This document shows positions 1 to 11,483 of a stretch of 64,000 bases of DNA, in pieces. The number at the start of each line of letters is the position of its first letter. The stretch's first letter is position 1. The notes under the pieces are model-generated. The model ran no database searches, was not told where the DNA came from, and worked only from the letters and a program-made list of their open reading frames with translations. Origin of the DNA: Pecten maximus (Eukaryota); contig NC_047026.1 in assembly GCF_902652985.1 (NCBI RefSeq), positions 19,778,001 to 19,842,000 on the forward strand, given 5' to 3'. The position numbers were made by a program, and so were the translations under genes.

Positions 1-928
1 TCAGAGTTCCATGTGAGTTTCCCCTGAGCCTGCTATTGGCTTCAAATACTCGTAGTCTGTCGTAGTACCTTACAAAGCGCACTATGATGTTTACTTTGTT
101 GTTTTTTATTGGTCCTAGGATGCGACATCGCGAGATAGCGTTGGTAGGAACTTTAACGTCAAGCGAACGTTCACAAATCTCGAGGACCGCGCCGAGAGCA
201 TCAAATGTTTGATTGATAAGTCCATGCGGTACCGGTACGTTCAGGAACTTAAGACATGTCCGTCTAGAATATTGTTCCTGCTCCTCGAGTAAATTTTCAT
301 GCTCAGCATTTACTTTCTCTAATTGTTCAATTTTTACCTATAGAGCGTCAATGGTAGATTCCTGCGAGGAGACCTTTTGAGCTAGATCGCTCTCATTTGA
401 TGCAAGTTGATATTTCGACAAAGCTTGCTCAATAAGGTCACCGTCCCTAAATAAATCTGATACATGCCGTTCAATAATAGTGTTTATCTCGTCAAGAAGT
501 GTATTTCGTAGGACTGCTGCCACCAAGTCGGCTACAAGTTCGACCAGAGACCTATATACTATATAGTATATAGGTCTCTGGTTCGACTAACTGTTGAGTG
601 AAATGGTTGATGAAGAGAGGAGATGATATGGTCTGGTATATAGAGTCTTGTATGGTACTGTAGATGACACTGGGCTATTAAGAAGAAATGACTTTTTGGC
701 ATCGGTTTGAACGGAATTGTCTGGCGAAATTTCCTTGAGAGAACGTTTTTTGCTTTCAACGTCATGCATAGGCGATGTAAACATGAGCGCCCGCTCACGT
801 GTTATTGAACTTGTTTGCCCGCGGGGGGTCGCAGAGTGCATAGTAGATGGCTTATTGACGCTTACCTGGTCACGGCTGGTTGGATTTACCTGTCCGTCGA
901 ATTTACCTGTCTCACCAGAATCAGCCAT
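1..928 (-). pseudogene. Disrupted L1/CR1-type ORF1-like protein (coiled coil followed by RRM-like region); runs off the window start
   Basis: Reading through the TAG at 340-338 gives ...IDAL*VKIEQLEKVNAEHENLLEEQEQYSRRTCLKFLNVP... The coiled coil followed by EQYSRR is typical of invertebrate L1-like ORF1 proteins. Disrupted by the stop, a frameshift near 650-670 and a 43-bp insertion at 538-587. Confidence 0.6.
545..580. mobile_element. 36-bp perfectly palindromic micro-MITE with 7-bp TSD (P-superfamily-like CANRG ends)
   Basis: cagagacctatatactatatagtatataggtctctg is a perfect palindrome, flanked by gttcgac at 538-544 and 581-587. Confidence 0.8.
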
Positions 929-2782
929 TATCAGTGTTCACTGTTCAACACTTTGAAAGTTCAACAAACCAATGTACGGGCTCCAACGCCACTTTGGCTA
1001 CTTGAAACGAATCACCGTTTCAAACAAAATTTGAATGACAAAAAAAACCCAGAACTTTTCATTAAAAGAAAACATTACGAAAAGTTCCGTTTTGAATGGC
1101 GTACGCATAAGGATTCCAAAACAACTACAGTTCCTTGTCAAATAACACAAAAATGGAAATTAGATAATGACATTGTTATCAAAATAAAATTTGAATTAAA
1201 CTCTTTCATCAAACAAACAGCGTGTTCCATTTAGCGGAACGTTCCGGTTGTGCCAACTTGGAACGGGTTCGCTAAATGGTACATGTGTAGTAGAAAAGGG
1301 ATTTCTGGCGAATAGGTGTCAATCCCGGATATAGCGGGTATGATTTTGTACTTCGCGTTGTGTTTAATTTTGTGATCTCATATGTCAGACACCCATTCCT
1401 CAATATCCCTCGTCCACAATGTTCTTTTATATCAGGCGGGAGATAAGAGAAATGAAAACTTGAGTCAGAAATAACAGTTCCAGTATTTAATAACATAACA
1501 AATCATCATCTGAAAACATAACAATTGTAAAGGTTGTTGCCATTGTAAAATATGGACAGCAGTAGTATCAAAAACTTTATCACAGAGACTAGTGTCCTTA
1601 AGTTTAACTTGTAATTATAGACATAATGTGATAGTAAACCAGTAAATACTACCTAAATAGTTCCTATATAATAACTTCCCCGAATAGCTGCATCCAGAGC
1701 TATACATAATTCTACTCTAGAAATTTATCTAGCTATTACTCCTCTATCTTCATTATATTCACCTTAGCAATTATATTTTAACCTAACACTGACAATATTC
1801 ATATATTTCTCCCATAAGCTCATAAAACTACCACCTTGCCACAGTGAAACTGCTGTCTCTAGTGTTAAACGGTCTATTACATTTCTACACAGGGGAAATA
1901 TATGAACTGTACTCAGTCCTGTGCTCCCTCAATACTATGGTAACTATAGACCTATTGTTTATAACATGTAAACACCCCTCAATCAGCTGTTCTGCTGTAA
2001 ATATCTTTGGTACTGTAAGTTGGCTACCAAGCCATAAACTCGTGCCGGCACGTGCTAACTCTATCCATACGCCTATACTGGGTCTCTCGAGCCATCCGGC
2101 CCTATACTAAAGTGGCAGCTAACCCATCCTTACCTGGACGTAGGTTACTGTTGACGAGCTGTCCAGCCCTGTCTGCCTCGTCTATACGGGAACACCGGCT
2201 TATATAAGCCGCGGTCCATTTTGATTGGCTACTGGTGTTGAGCTCAGCCAATGAGAAATCTGCACTATGTTTACATCCCGACACACGTTCCAACATCCGA
2301 GGCGAGGCACTGAAGAGGACGGACGTGTTTTTACTCATAGAGCTGAACAGTGAAGAAACTCTACACTGAATGAATGCCTACCAGACTACCAGACTTTTAT
2401 CGTCAAAGTGTTTGTAATAGCTCTACGGTGTATCAGAGCACAGCATTTAAATGCTGCCTTCCCTGTCTCTCTAGTCTTTATGCTTTTTTTAGCATTGAGT
2501 GCAAAATTTTTTTACGCGGCATTAGGCCGCCATCTTGTTTTTAACTTATTTTTATAACGCACTCGGCTTTTACCTAAGCTAACTGTCCGTCCTTTGCCCG
2601 CCTTTTTTATCATATATTCATTACATGTATCACTGTCAACACAGTGTATAATTATTTTATGCTTTTTATGATTTTTATATGTATTCTTGTGTTCATTATT
2701 GATTTTATCGTGCCCTGTACTATTATACAACCCCTAGTTAGAGTGAACCCCGTACGTGGAGACCCCAACTTTTCCTCACATT

Positions 2783-4912
2783 ATGGCTATGATAACCACT
2801 TCGGTGATAGACAGCTTAACAGTAACCTCCAATATTCCAGTACTCAACCACCCTGTTACAAGTACTACTTCCACAAGGAACTACGAACTGAATAAGATCA
2901 AGTCTCTTCAGAAAAAAAGAAATGCTTGCGAGAAACCATTCCTGAACATTATTCCAAAAGACTCTGGTAACCAAATAAAAATAGAGTGTAGTGCAGGATG
3001 TTATGAAATGCTAAAAACTGAAATCATCAAAGCATGCAATGGTAACTCCCCTATCTCTAAGTTTCAACTCTACCTAGAGCAAGAAAATGTTTATGACACA
3101 GCAGGTAACTCGCCTCAACTCACCATTAAAGCTTATAACAGGCTTACATCCGGCAACAAAGGAAAAAAACATAAAATTACAATAAATATGTATCATACAC
3201 AATGCTCCATCCTAGTTAATGGCCGATGCACAGTATTGTTCCATGACGACATCCTACCAGAAATCATAGAGATCATCAAAGAAAAACCAGGAATGTCGTT
3301 ACTTGATAAACAAATAGCTGCTCTAATTGATCGCTGCGTCACCACCAGTATCAAAAACCCTCAACTACAAACCAGTATCAGCGGACTAGACACAGAGGTC
3401 CATGTAGCCAATATCGTCTCATTTGACCCTAATATATGTCTACACTGCGATAGACAGGTTGACACAGGCATCGAATGTGATCAATGTAGAAAATGGTTTC
3501 ACTTTGAATGCGAAGCGTTTGATAGCGCCATGACATCATTCTACTCTAGAGGTGAACTCCCTTACAGCTGCCTATCCTGTAGGAACCTTACTACTCTTAC
3601 TCACTCCCAGGATGATTATGACAATGAACTATTTATTAGAATCCGAACAGATGAAGTCCCTTCTGCTGAACTAACTCAAATAGACCCCCTACAACCTAGT
3701 GATCACAATACCCAGCTTGTTGACACAAATTCTACAAGACTTCAACAGCCTACCTTGGAACTCCCAGTTACTATTACGGGACAATCAACAACTTTAAGCC
3801 CCACAAAAGTTTATACTCTTTCCCCAAGTAAGACACAACCTGCAACTTCAACTCTACATGCCGTTCCAGCTCAACCCTCACCCCTGCCTGCTACAGATTC
3901 GAAAATGAAATCTACAAAGCCTAAGCAAAAACCCGCCAGTAAGCTGCCAAATACCAACGAGCACATAGAACAACTTTCTTTTGCTAACCAGTTAATATCA
4001 AGACTTGAAACCAAGGTTAAAGATTTAGAAAACACTAACAGATTACTTCGTCTCCACAACATTGCAGACAAGAACCAGGACATAGGCACGACCTCCAACC
4101 AGCAACAAGGAAAGCCACATAGCGACATTCCTTTATACAACCAGGTTTTCTCTTTACAACACCAAGTTAAACAGCTCGAAATGGATTTGATAAGAACCAG
4201 AATTACAAACATTGAGCACCAGGTATCCAGAGCTCCATATAGTCAACCATACCAGCAGTTCTACCATCCTGTACAACACCCTATATGGCCTCCCGGACCT
4301 CCTTTACTGTACCAGAACATCCCACCTCCCTTTATCGGCTACGCTCCACAGTTACACCCATCTGGAATACCGTACCAACCAAGAATGCCACCACCGCCCC
4401 CTGCAGTACCAACCCAGCCACAATACAACCCACAACCAGCTTGTCAACCAAATGAAATAGTCACCCAGACAGCAAACCACCATACAAACCTGGATGAAAA
4501 CCGTTCCAATCCAATATCAAACAACACAAGGGAGAAGTATACCAACAGACCAAACAGAAAAAGATCCAACAGGCAAAGTAGGAAATCCCTGGTACACGAA
4601 AAGACCACAAACCAGCAGTATAACACCAATAACAGATTTCACTCTACTCCCAAGAAAGTAAAATATCAACTTGAAGATAGACAACTGAATATTGAAGAGG
4701 GAAACATCTCACACATCAAGAAACCGAAAACTTCTATATTTGATATGAACAGCACCAGCAGAGACAACTCTATTACAGACCACAGAGATGATGAACCAAC
4801 ATCTTCTGAAACCAACAAGCCTACAGATCCACCAACCAATAACCAGTCTTTTTTATACAAGGGCCGAGCCTCAACAGCAACGTGGAGGGGAAGAGCAAAT
4901 GCCTCCGTCTAG
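2783..4912 (+). CDS. LINE ORF1 protein with PHD finger, coiled coil and Pro/Gln-rich region
   Basis: First ATG is at 2783. C4HC3 PHD: CLHC...IECDQCRKWFHFEC...YSCLSC. Coiled coil: LISRLETKVKDLENTNRLLR. Confidence 0.85.
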   Translation: MAMITTSVIDSLTVTSNIPVLNHPVTSTTSTRNYELNKIKSLQKKRNACEKPFLNIIPKDSGNQIKIECSAGCYEMLKTEIIKACNGNSPISKFQLYLEQENVYDTAGNSPQLTIKAYNRLTSGNKGKKHKITINMYHTQCSILVNGRCTVLFHDDILPEIIEIIKEKPGMSLLDKQIAALIDRCVTTSIKNPQLQTSISGLDTEVHVANIVSFDPNICLHCDRQVDTGIECDQCRKWFHFECEAFDSAMTSFYSRGELPYSCLSCRNLTTLTHSQDDYDNELFIRIRTDEVPSAELTQIDPLQPSDHNTQLVDTNSTRLQQPTLELPVTITGQSTTLSPTKVYTLSPSKTQPATSTLHAVPAQPSPLPATDSKMKSTKPKQKPASKLPNTNEHIEQLSFANQLISRLETKVKDLENTNRLLRLHNIADKNQDIGTTSNQQQGKPHSDIPLYNQVFSLQHQVKQLEMDLIRTRITNIEHQVSRAPYSQPYQQFYHPVQHPIWPPGPPLLYQNIPPPFIGYAPQLHPSGIPYQPRMPPPPPAVPTQPQYNPQPACQPNEIVTQTANHHTNLDENRSNPISNNTREKYTNRPNRKRSNRQSRKSLVHEKTTNQQYNTNNRFHSTPKKVKYQLEDRQLNIEEGNISHIKKPKTSIFDMNSTSRDNSITDHRDDEPTSSETNKPTDPPTNNQSFLYKGRASTATWRGRANASV

Positions 4913-7900
4913 GCTCACTCAACGTAAAAAATGTGCAAAGTAATACAGTATTTGTACAGGAACTCTTGAATCACCTAGATATTTTATGCATACAAGAGCA
5001 CTGGCTCTTTGACTTTCAACTTCATACTTTAAGCAACCTATCAGCAAAACATGTACACCATGGAAAATCAGTTGACAGTATCGATCCTATCACTCCATAC
5101 CAGGTACCACGCGGATATGGTGGAGTAGCTATTTTATTCAATAAAAACCTAGATATAAAGATGAAGAAACATCCTGATGGGAACAACAGAATCACAGTTC
5201 TAGAGGTATTCTCAGATCCTCCCCTACTCATTTCTAATGTTTATATGCCATCTCGAGGGAACTCTACTAAGGCAGACTACCAAGCCACTCTAGACGAACT
5301 ACAAGAAATATTATTCAAATTCAGTAACACTCATGCAATCCTAGTTTCTGGAGATTTCAATGCTTCGCTGGCATCTGGGAGGGAGAATGACCGGGATGTA
5401 ATGCTACAGTCCTTCTGCAAACTTCATGATCTCTCAACCCTCCAGTCTGGCTCACCAACATTCTTCCATGTTAACGATATCCACAGTGCAGAGATAGACT
5501 ACATACTATTCAACAAACGTTGTGAACCTCTGGTACAGTCATGTAACGTTGGACATAAAGACCACCTCAACCTTTCGGACCATATACCTGTGGACGTATC
5601 CCTAAGACTATCCTTACAAGAAAGGAAAGGCACTACTACCATATACCCCAAGCCAAACTGGGACAAATGCGATACCCACGCATACAAGAACTTCATTAAC
5701 AGAAATCTGAGAGAACCACCCGAGGATCTTACCAACCAGACAGAGCTTGACATTTACAAACAAGTACAGCACCTCTGCGATACTCTTAACAAGGCAGGCC
5801 AATGCAGTATAGAGGGGTTCAAACCAAAAGTTACACTGAAAACCAAACGCATCAGAACATGGAGTGCGGAAATTCAAGAAGCGGTAAAAGGTACAAAGAA
5901 GGCAATGTGGAGCTGGAAACAAAATGGCAAACCCAGGAACAGGGATGATATACACTACTCTAACCTAAAACAACATAAAAGGAAACTACAAAAACTCCAA
6001 CGACAAGAATCCTCAAAACGCAGAAACCAACTTCACGAAGAAATTATGAACTCAGATGGAGACCCAAAACTATTTCATAAACTAGTCAGACAACAGCGCT
6101 CTACTACCAAGGAGCATATTAATGAACTTACTGTAAATGGTACAATTTTACAAGATAAGGAACAGATCCTACAAGGCTGGGCTGAGCACTTTGAAAATCT
6201 TGCAACTCCTTCAACAAATCCTGAGTTCAATGAAGAACACAAAGATAATATTAACACAGACCTATGTCTAATAGAGGAACTATGCTCATCTCAGCAGGGA
6301 TCCATTGAACCTATATCAACGGAAGAGATCTTTAAAGCAATCCGTAGGCTTAACTCTAACAAAGCTGCAGACATATTTGGCATCACTGGTGAACATTTGA
6401 AACATGCTCCAGAGTCAGCAGTCAGATTCCTCTATGCTATACTTAATACCATCATATACAAGAAGGAAATACCAAAAATACTAAAAGAAGGCATTGTATC
6501 GCCTGTATTCAAGAAAGGGGATGCTACAAACCCTTCGAACTACAGGGGTATCACAGTCACCACCATAATCCTCAAAATATTAGAGCATATACTCAATGCC
6601 AGGCATTCAAACATACTCAGTAAAGATCAATCTAAACTACAGACTGGCTTCACAAAGAGCACCTCATCCATTAATTCTGCACTTATAGTATCAGAATGCA
6701 TCAACCAAGCCAAGATAGACAAACGACGACTTCTGATGACTACGCTGGATGCACAGAAAGCCTTCGATGTCGTAGACCACAATATACTCCTTCATAAACT
6801 ATATTTCGATGGGATCCAAGGACACGACTGGCTCCTCATGAAAAACCTGTACTCCGAAGTCTCTTCCAGGGTAAAATGGCAAAGTGGCTTATCAGAACCC
6901 TTCCAAGTCAACCAGGGAGTTAGACAAGGAGGAATCCTCTCCACTTCCCACTACAAGAGATATAACAACTCACTCTTACTCAATTTGGAGGATAGATTTG
7001 AAGGGGCAACCATAGGCTCGATAGAAATACCACATACCACATGTGCAGACGACGTAGCCCTGCTGTCTCACGACCCAAAGGAACTACAGTGCATGATGGA
7101 CGTAGTGGAAAACTATGCAAGTGACTCAAGGTATACCATCAACCCGACAAAAAGCAATGTCCTGCAGTTCAACACAAAGGATGCAGATACTTTCCACATG
7201 TACTCCAAAGAAGTGAAAAATCCATCTGAAACAGAACACTTGGGGATAAAGAGAAACTTGGACAACGCCCTCAATGTCGACAGCAAAATCCAGCTAGCTC
7301 GTCGTACAACATACTCTTTGATGGGCTCCGGCCTCCATGGCAAGACGGGACTAAATCAACAGGTCAAGGCTAAACTGTGGAATACCTACGTCGTCCCACG
7401 ACTGCTATATGGTATGGAAATATTCAAAATCAACCAGACCAAGAAGAAACATCTGGAAACATACCAAAACAAAACCATAAAACAGATGCAGCACCTACCT
7501 GACAGAACAGCTACGTCCGCAGCATTAGGTCTATTGGGTATTATACCAATTGAAGCCGCTATTGACAAAAACATGATGAACTTATTCTTTAGACTTACTA
7601 ACAACCCAAATACAGTGGAATTCGATATTGCGCTACGACAGCTTGCAGTACATGATATCGATGCAAACAGCTGGTTCTCGCTGGTTAGAAGAACCCTCCA
7701 CAAATATGATCTTCCAAGCGCTTACAACATCATGACTGAACACAGGACAGAAGACTCCTGGAAATCACTGCTAAATCAAGCAATATGTAAGAAAATTGAA
7801 GCCACCTGGAAAGCAGATATAGAGGCAAAGCAAAGCCTAAAATACCTTAATCCAAATGCAGTGAGCATAAACAAGGTTCACCAGACATACAGATATGTCC

Positions 7901-8316
7901 ATGTCAACAGTCATGATATACACAGAGCAGAGGTCAAATCAAGGATAGTAACAGGTACCTACAATCTACAGTCAAATAAAGCAGTCTTCAACCAGTACGC
8001 CGTTAACCCAATTTGTAAACTCTGTCAACAAGCCCCAGAAACAAGACAACATTTCATAGCAGAATGCCACCAGTATAATCAGCAAAGAGATGCCGTCAAG
8101 AACAAACTCCAGCTCCTAGAGCCCATATCGAACTGTCCAAAACTCCTAGGGGATCCAGAGCTCTTTACACAACTCATTATAGACAGCTCTCATGAAGCAA
8201 TAAGCCATACTGTTGAGCTCAATGACAACGTTACATCAAGTATCGAGCTACACAGCCGGGAGTACTTATTCTCAATCCACCTATGCAGAAGTAAAAAAAT
8301 CCAGTTGACCAGCTGA
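4843..8316 (+). CDS. LINE ORF2: AP-like endonuclease, reverse transcriptase and C-terminal CCHC finger
   Basis: APE motifs SLNV, QEHW, GGVAI, NVYMP, GDFNA, IDYI, SDH. RT motifs NYRGITV, LDAQKAFD, GVRQGGILS, CADD, HLG. C-terminal CKLC..ETRQHFIAEC. The frame opens after the TAA at 4840-4842 and the first ATG is only at 5161. Confidence 0.97.
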   Translation, partial: PVFFIQGPSLNSNVEGKSKCLRLGSLNVKNVQSNTVFVQELLNHLDILCIQEHWLFDFQLHTLSNLSAKHVHHGKSVDSIDPITPYQVPRGYGGVAILFNKNLDIKMKKHPDGNNRITVLEVFSDPPLLISNVYMPSRGNSTKADYQATLDELQEILFKFSNTHAILVSGDFNASLASGRENDRDVMLQSFCKLHDLSTLQSGSPTFFHVNDIHSAEIDYILFNKRCEPLVQSCNVGHKDHLNLSDHIPVDVSLRLSLQERKGTTTIYPKPNWDKCDTHAYKNFINRNLREPPEDLTNQTELDIYKQVQHLCDTLNKAGQCSIEGFKPKVTLKTKRIRTWSAEIQEAVKGTKKAMWSWKQNGKPRNRDDIHYSNLKQHKRKLQKLQRQESSKRRNQLHEEIMNSDGDPKLFHKLVRQQRSTTKEHINELTVNGTILQDKEQILQGWAEHFENLATPSTNPEFNEEHKDNINTDLCLIEELCSSQQGSIEPISTEEIFKAIRRLNSNKAADIFGITGEHLKHAPESAVRFLYAILNTIIYKKEIPKILKEGIVSPVFKKGDATNPSNYRGITVTTIILKILEHILNARHSNILSKDQSKLQTGFTKSTSSINSALIVSECINQAKIDKRRLLMTTLDAQKAFDVVDHNILLHKLYFDGIQGHDWLLMKNLYSEVSSRVKWQSGLSEPFQVNQGVRQGGILSTSHYKRYNNSLLLNLEDRFEGATIGSIEIPHTTCADDVALLSHDPKELQCMMDVVENYASDSRYTINPTKSNVLQFNTKDADTFHMYSKEVKNPSETEHLGIKRNLDNALNVDSKIQLARRTTYSLMGSGLHGKTGLNQQVKAKLWNTYVVPRLLYGMEIFKINQTKKKHLETYQNKTIKQMQHLPDRTATSAALGLLGIIPIEAAIDKNMMNLFFRLTNNPNTVEFDIALRQLAVHDIDANSWFSLVRRTLHKYDLPSAYNIMTEHRTEDSWKSLLNQAICKKIEATWKADIEAKQSLKYLNPNAVSINKVHQTYRYVHVNSHDIHRAEVKSRIVTGTYNLQSNKAVFNQYAVNPICKLCQQAPETRQHFIAECHQYNQQRDAVKNKLQLLEPISNCPKLLGDPELFTQLIIDSSHEAISHTVELNDNVTSSIELHSREYLFSIHLCRSKKIQLTS

Positions 8317-8869
8317 ATTAGTAGGGGTCTCCACAACCCAATTGGTTCTACTCAAATACTAATACTGATAGAGTTAAGATTAAACTCTTTTTATCCCTTT
8401 TAATTATTTTTAAATATTTTAAAAATTTTTTTTAAACAAACGATCCCCAAACCCTTATCACCACAAAGACTATGAACATTGAATGAACTGTGTGTACATA
8501 TTGTATATAGTTGCCGCAAACTGCAAGGATATCACTACGCCCTGGAAATAGTGCCTTACTCTACGCTCATCGAAGCGGTGCCTCGGAAAGTCATCGAGGG
8601 TATCTACGACACAACAACAACAACATGGCTGCCTGAGAGCGAAAATACGACCTAACGGAATAACAGAGGCGCTATATCTATCCTGTAACAGCGAACGCCG
8701 TCGTACAAAATGCATACAACTTTTCTAAAGCTGGTAGTTATATCAAACCATCATATTACCGCTGTTCTGATGTAATAAATCCCCCTAACTAGCTACGTAT
8801 AAACACATCTATTACCCGACTCGACTACACATGACGTTCCAATCACGTTCTGTGCACGCGAAATCCAAC

Positions 8870-9236
8870 ATGGCGGACTTGACCATGATTGCGTCAGCGT
8901 CCTATACGTTTTTGTCGTTTTTCAACGAGGACGAAGACGATACTGTAGAAACAGTAGCGGCGGTTTGTACAAAAAGAAACGAACGTACCCGAATTCCTTT
9001 TTATGTAGAGACTATTGTCAAATATTATGAAGAACAGGAGCTCGAGTTTCATTCACATTTCAGAATGACCAGGAGTTTTTTTGAAATCTTAATAACTTAG
9101 ATCTTATTCATGGCACTGGTAAAGTGCCTGTCTATCATGAGCAGGGCTGTAAGCCCATATCTATTGAAAAGTAAGTTTTGGTAACCATATGTTAGCCAAT
9201 AAAGATTCACATAGAGAGATAATAGCAGACCGTTTC
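8870..9236 (+). pseudogene. N-terminal fragment of a PIF/Harbinger (HARBI1-like) transposase
   Basis: FHSHFRMTRSFFEIL, followed across stops and frameshifts by PISIEK*VLVT..LANKDSHRE..IADRF, matching the Harbinger HTH region. Truncated before the DDE domain. Confidence 0.7.
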
Positions 9237-9239
9237 CAC

Positions 9240-9326
9240 CGGGTTCAATCGTAACCAACAGCGAGGTAACTAGCTTGTAGTAAAACGGCAACGTTACTTT
9301 AGGACGTTAAACAAAAACAAACCAAA
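9240..9326 (+). mobile_element. SINE/LINE 3' tail fragment
   Basis: Ends ggacgttaaacaaaaacaaaccaaa, the reverse complement of the tails at ~59490 and ~60455. Confidence 0.55.
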
Positions 9327-9389
9327 TTCCCCCCTGCTTATAAATACCTCCGTGAAGTTGATTACTTATTCCTTATTCCTTATTCCATT

Positions 9390-10815
9390 ACTTATTCGTT
9401 TACTCTTTACTAATAAACACTTTAAATGGTTCAAAACTAATTATTAAGCAATCCCATCATCCAGTCGACCATTTCATTCCTTATCCATACCTAGTTTCTT
9501 CTTCAATTCCTTCATTACTTATTCGAATTTCTCATTACTTATTCGATTCCTTCATTACTTATTCGATTTCTCTTCAATAATGAATACTTAAAATGGTTCA
9601 AAACTAATCATTACGCATTCCCATCATCCAGTCGACCATTTCATTCCTTATCCATACCTAGTTTCTTCTTCAATTCCTTCATTACTTATTCGAATTTCTC
9701 ATTACTTATTCGATTCCTTCATTACTTATTCGATTTCTCTTCAATAATGAATACTTAAAATGGTTCAAAACTAATCATTACGCATTCCCATCATCCAGTC
9801 GACCATTTCATTCCTTATCCATACCTAGTTTCTTCTTCAATTCCTTCATTACTTATTCGAATTTCTCATTACTTATTCGATTCCTTCATTACTTATTCGA
9901 TTTCTCTTCAATAATGAACACTTAAAATGGTTCAAAACTAATCATTACGCATTCCCATCATCCAGTCGACCATTTCATTCCTAATCCATACCTAGTTTCT
10001 TCTTCAATTCCTTCATTACTTATTCGAATTTCTCATTACTTATTCGATTTCTCTTCAATAATGAACACTTTAAATGGTTCAAAACTAATCATTACGCATT
10101 CCCATCATCCAGTCGACCATTTCATTCCTTATCCATACCTAGTTTCTTCTTCAATTCCTTCATTACTTATTCGAATTTCTCATTACTTATTCGATTCCTT
10201 CATTACTTATTCGATTTCTCTTCAATAATGAACACTTAAAATGGTTCAAAACTAATCATTACGCATTCCCATCATCCAGTCGACCATTTCATTCCTTATC
10301 CATACCTAGTTTCTTCTTCAATTCCTTCATTACTTATTCGAATTTCTCATTACTTATTCGATTTCTCTTCAATAATGAACACTTTAAATGGTTCAAAACT
10401 AATCATTACGCATTCCCATCATCCAGTCGACCATTTCATTCCTTATCCATACCTAGTTTCTTCTTCAATTCCTTCATTACTTATTCGAATTTCTCATTAC
10501 TTATTCGATTCATTCATTACTTATTCGATTTCTCTTCAATAATGAACACTTAAAATGGTTCAAAACTAATTATCACGCATTCCCATCATCCAGTCGACCA
10601 TTTCATTCCTTATCAATACCTAGTTTCTTCTTCAATTCCTTCATTACTTATTCGAATTTCTCATTACTTATTCGATTTCTCTTCAATAATGAACACTTTA
10701 AATGATTCAAAACTAATCATTACGCATTCCCATCATCCAGTCGACCATTTCATTCCTTATCCATACCTAGTTTCTTCTTCAATTCCTTCATTACTTATTC
10801 GATGCTCCCATTACT
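9390..10815 (+). repeat. Left-arm tandem array of the foldback element (167/147-bp units built from ~20-bp cattacttattcga subrepeats)
   Basis: Anchor aaatggttcaaaac at 9424, 9591, 9758, 9925, 10072, 10239, 10386, 10553, and a variant at 10700. Confidence 0.95.
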
Positions 10816-11483
10816 TGTGTTATCAAAATATTTATGTCTTGTATATTATTGGCATAGCATCTTTTTGTATAGAGTCTTAAAAAATACCATTTCAATAAAC
10901 GCCTGAGTCCTTGCATGTTTAGGTATAAACATTAAATAACATATGTTGTTTCCATATTTTCCGTATACAATACAATATTTGTGTGTTCTTTGACTAGTAA
11001 TTAATATTTTTAGGGTTTCTTAATGATGTTGGAACGTTGTTGACATGATAATTACCTGCTAGTTAAGGTTTTCAATATCTATTAAATTTTGCTGTACCAA
11101 ACAAAACAAAACAAAACAAAAGAAAAAAACACATGAAATTACATTAGATACATAAGCTAGATATTTAATTTACCGCTCAAATATTTAATAATGATATTTG
11201 ATGTATATGCAAACATTTGCTAAAAAGCATGCGCTATCGCCACATCGCTTTTACTTTCGCCGCTATTTTCTTTTATAGCTTTTATTTAACTATTCATACA
11301 ATCTCGGATAACAATAGGCCTTCGGCCAAGGTTAAGGGACCATTAACACAATCATACCAACTGTGTTCGTTGTTTATTTACTAAACTTGTGTTACTGTTC
11401 CATATTCTATGTCTATATGTGCACTTTTTTTTAACAAACACGTACCCGTGGCTTGATCAGATTGCTCAAACGGTCCATATTTA

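Larger units (their letters stand above)
2270..8625 (+). mobile_element. Apparently intact non-LTR retrotransposon (RTEX-like or CR1/L2-group); 5' boundary approximate
   Basis: Two long overlapping ORFs (PHD ORF1; APE-RT ORF2) and a 3' UTR ending in (ACA)5 at 8611-8625. No TSD found, so the 5' end is uncertain. Confidence 0.9.

Noticed and set aside
9390-10815. CRISPR-like regular repeats
   Set aside because: The intervening sequences are themselves repeated (no unique spacers), there are no cas genes, and the context is eukaryotic. This is the arm of a foldback element.
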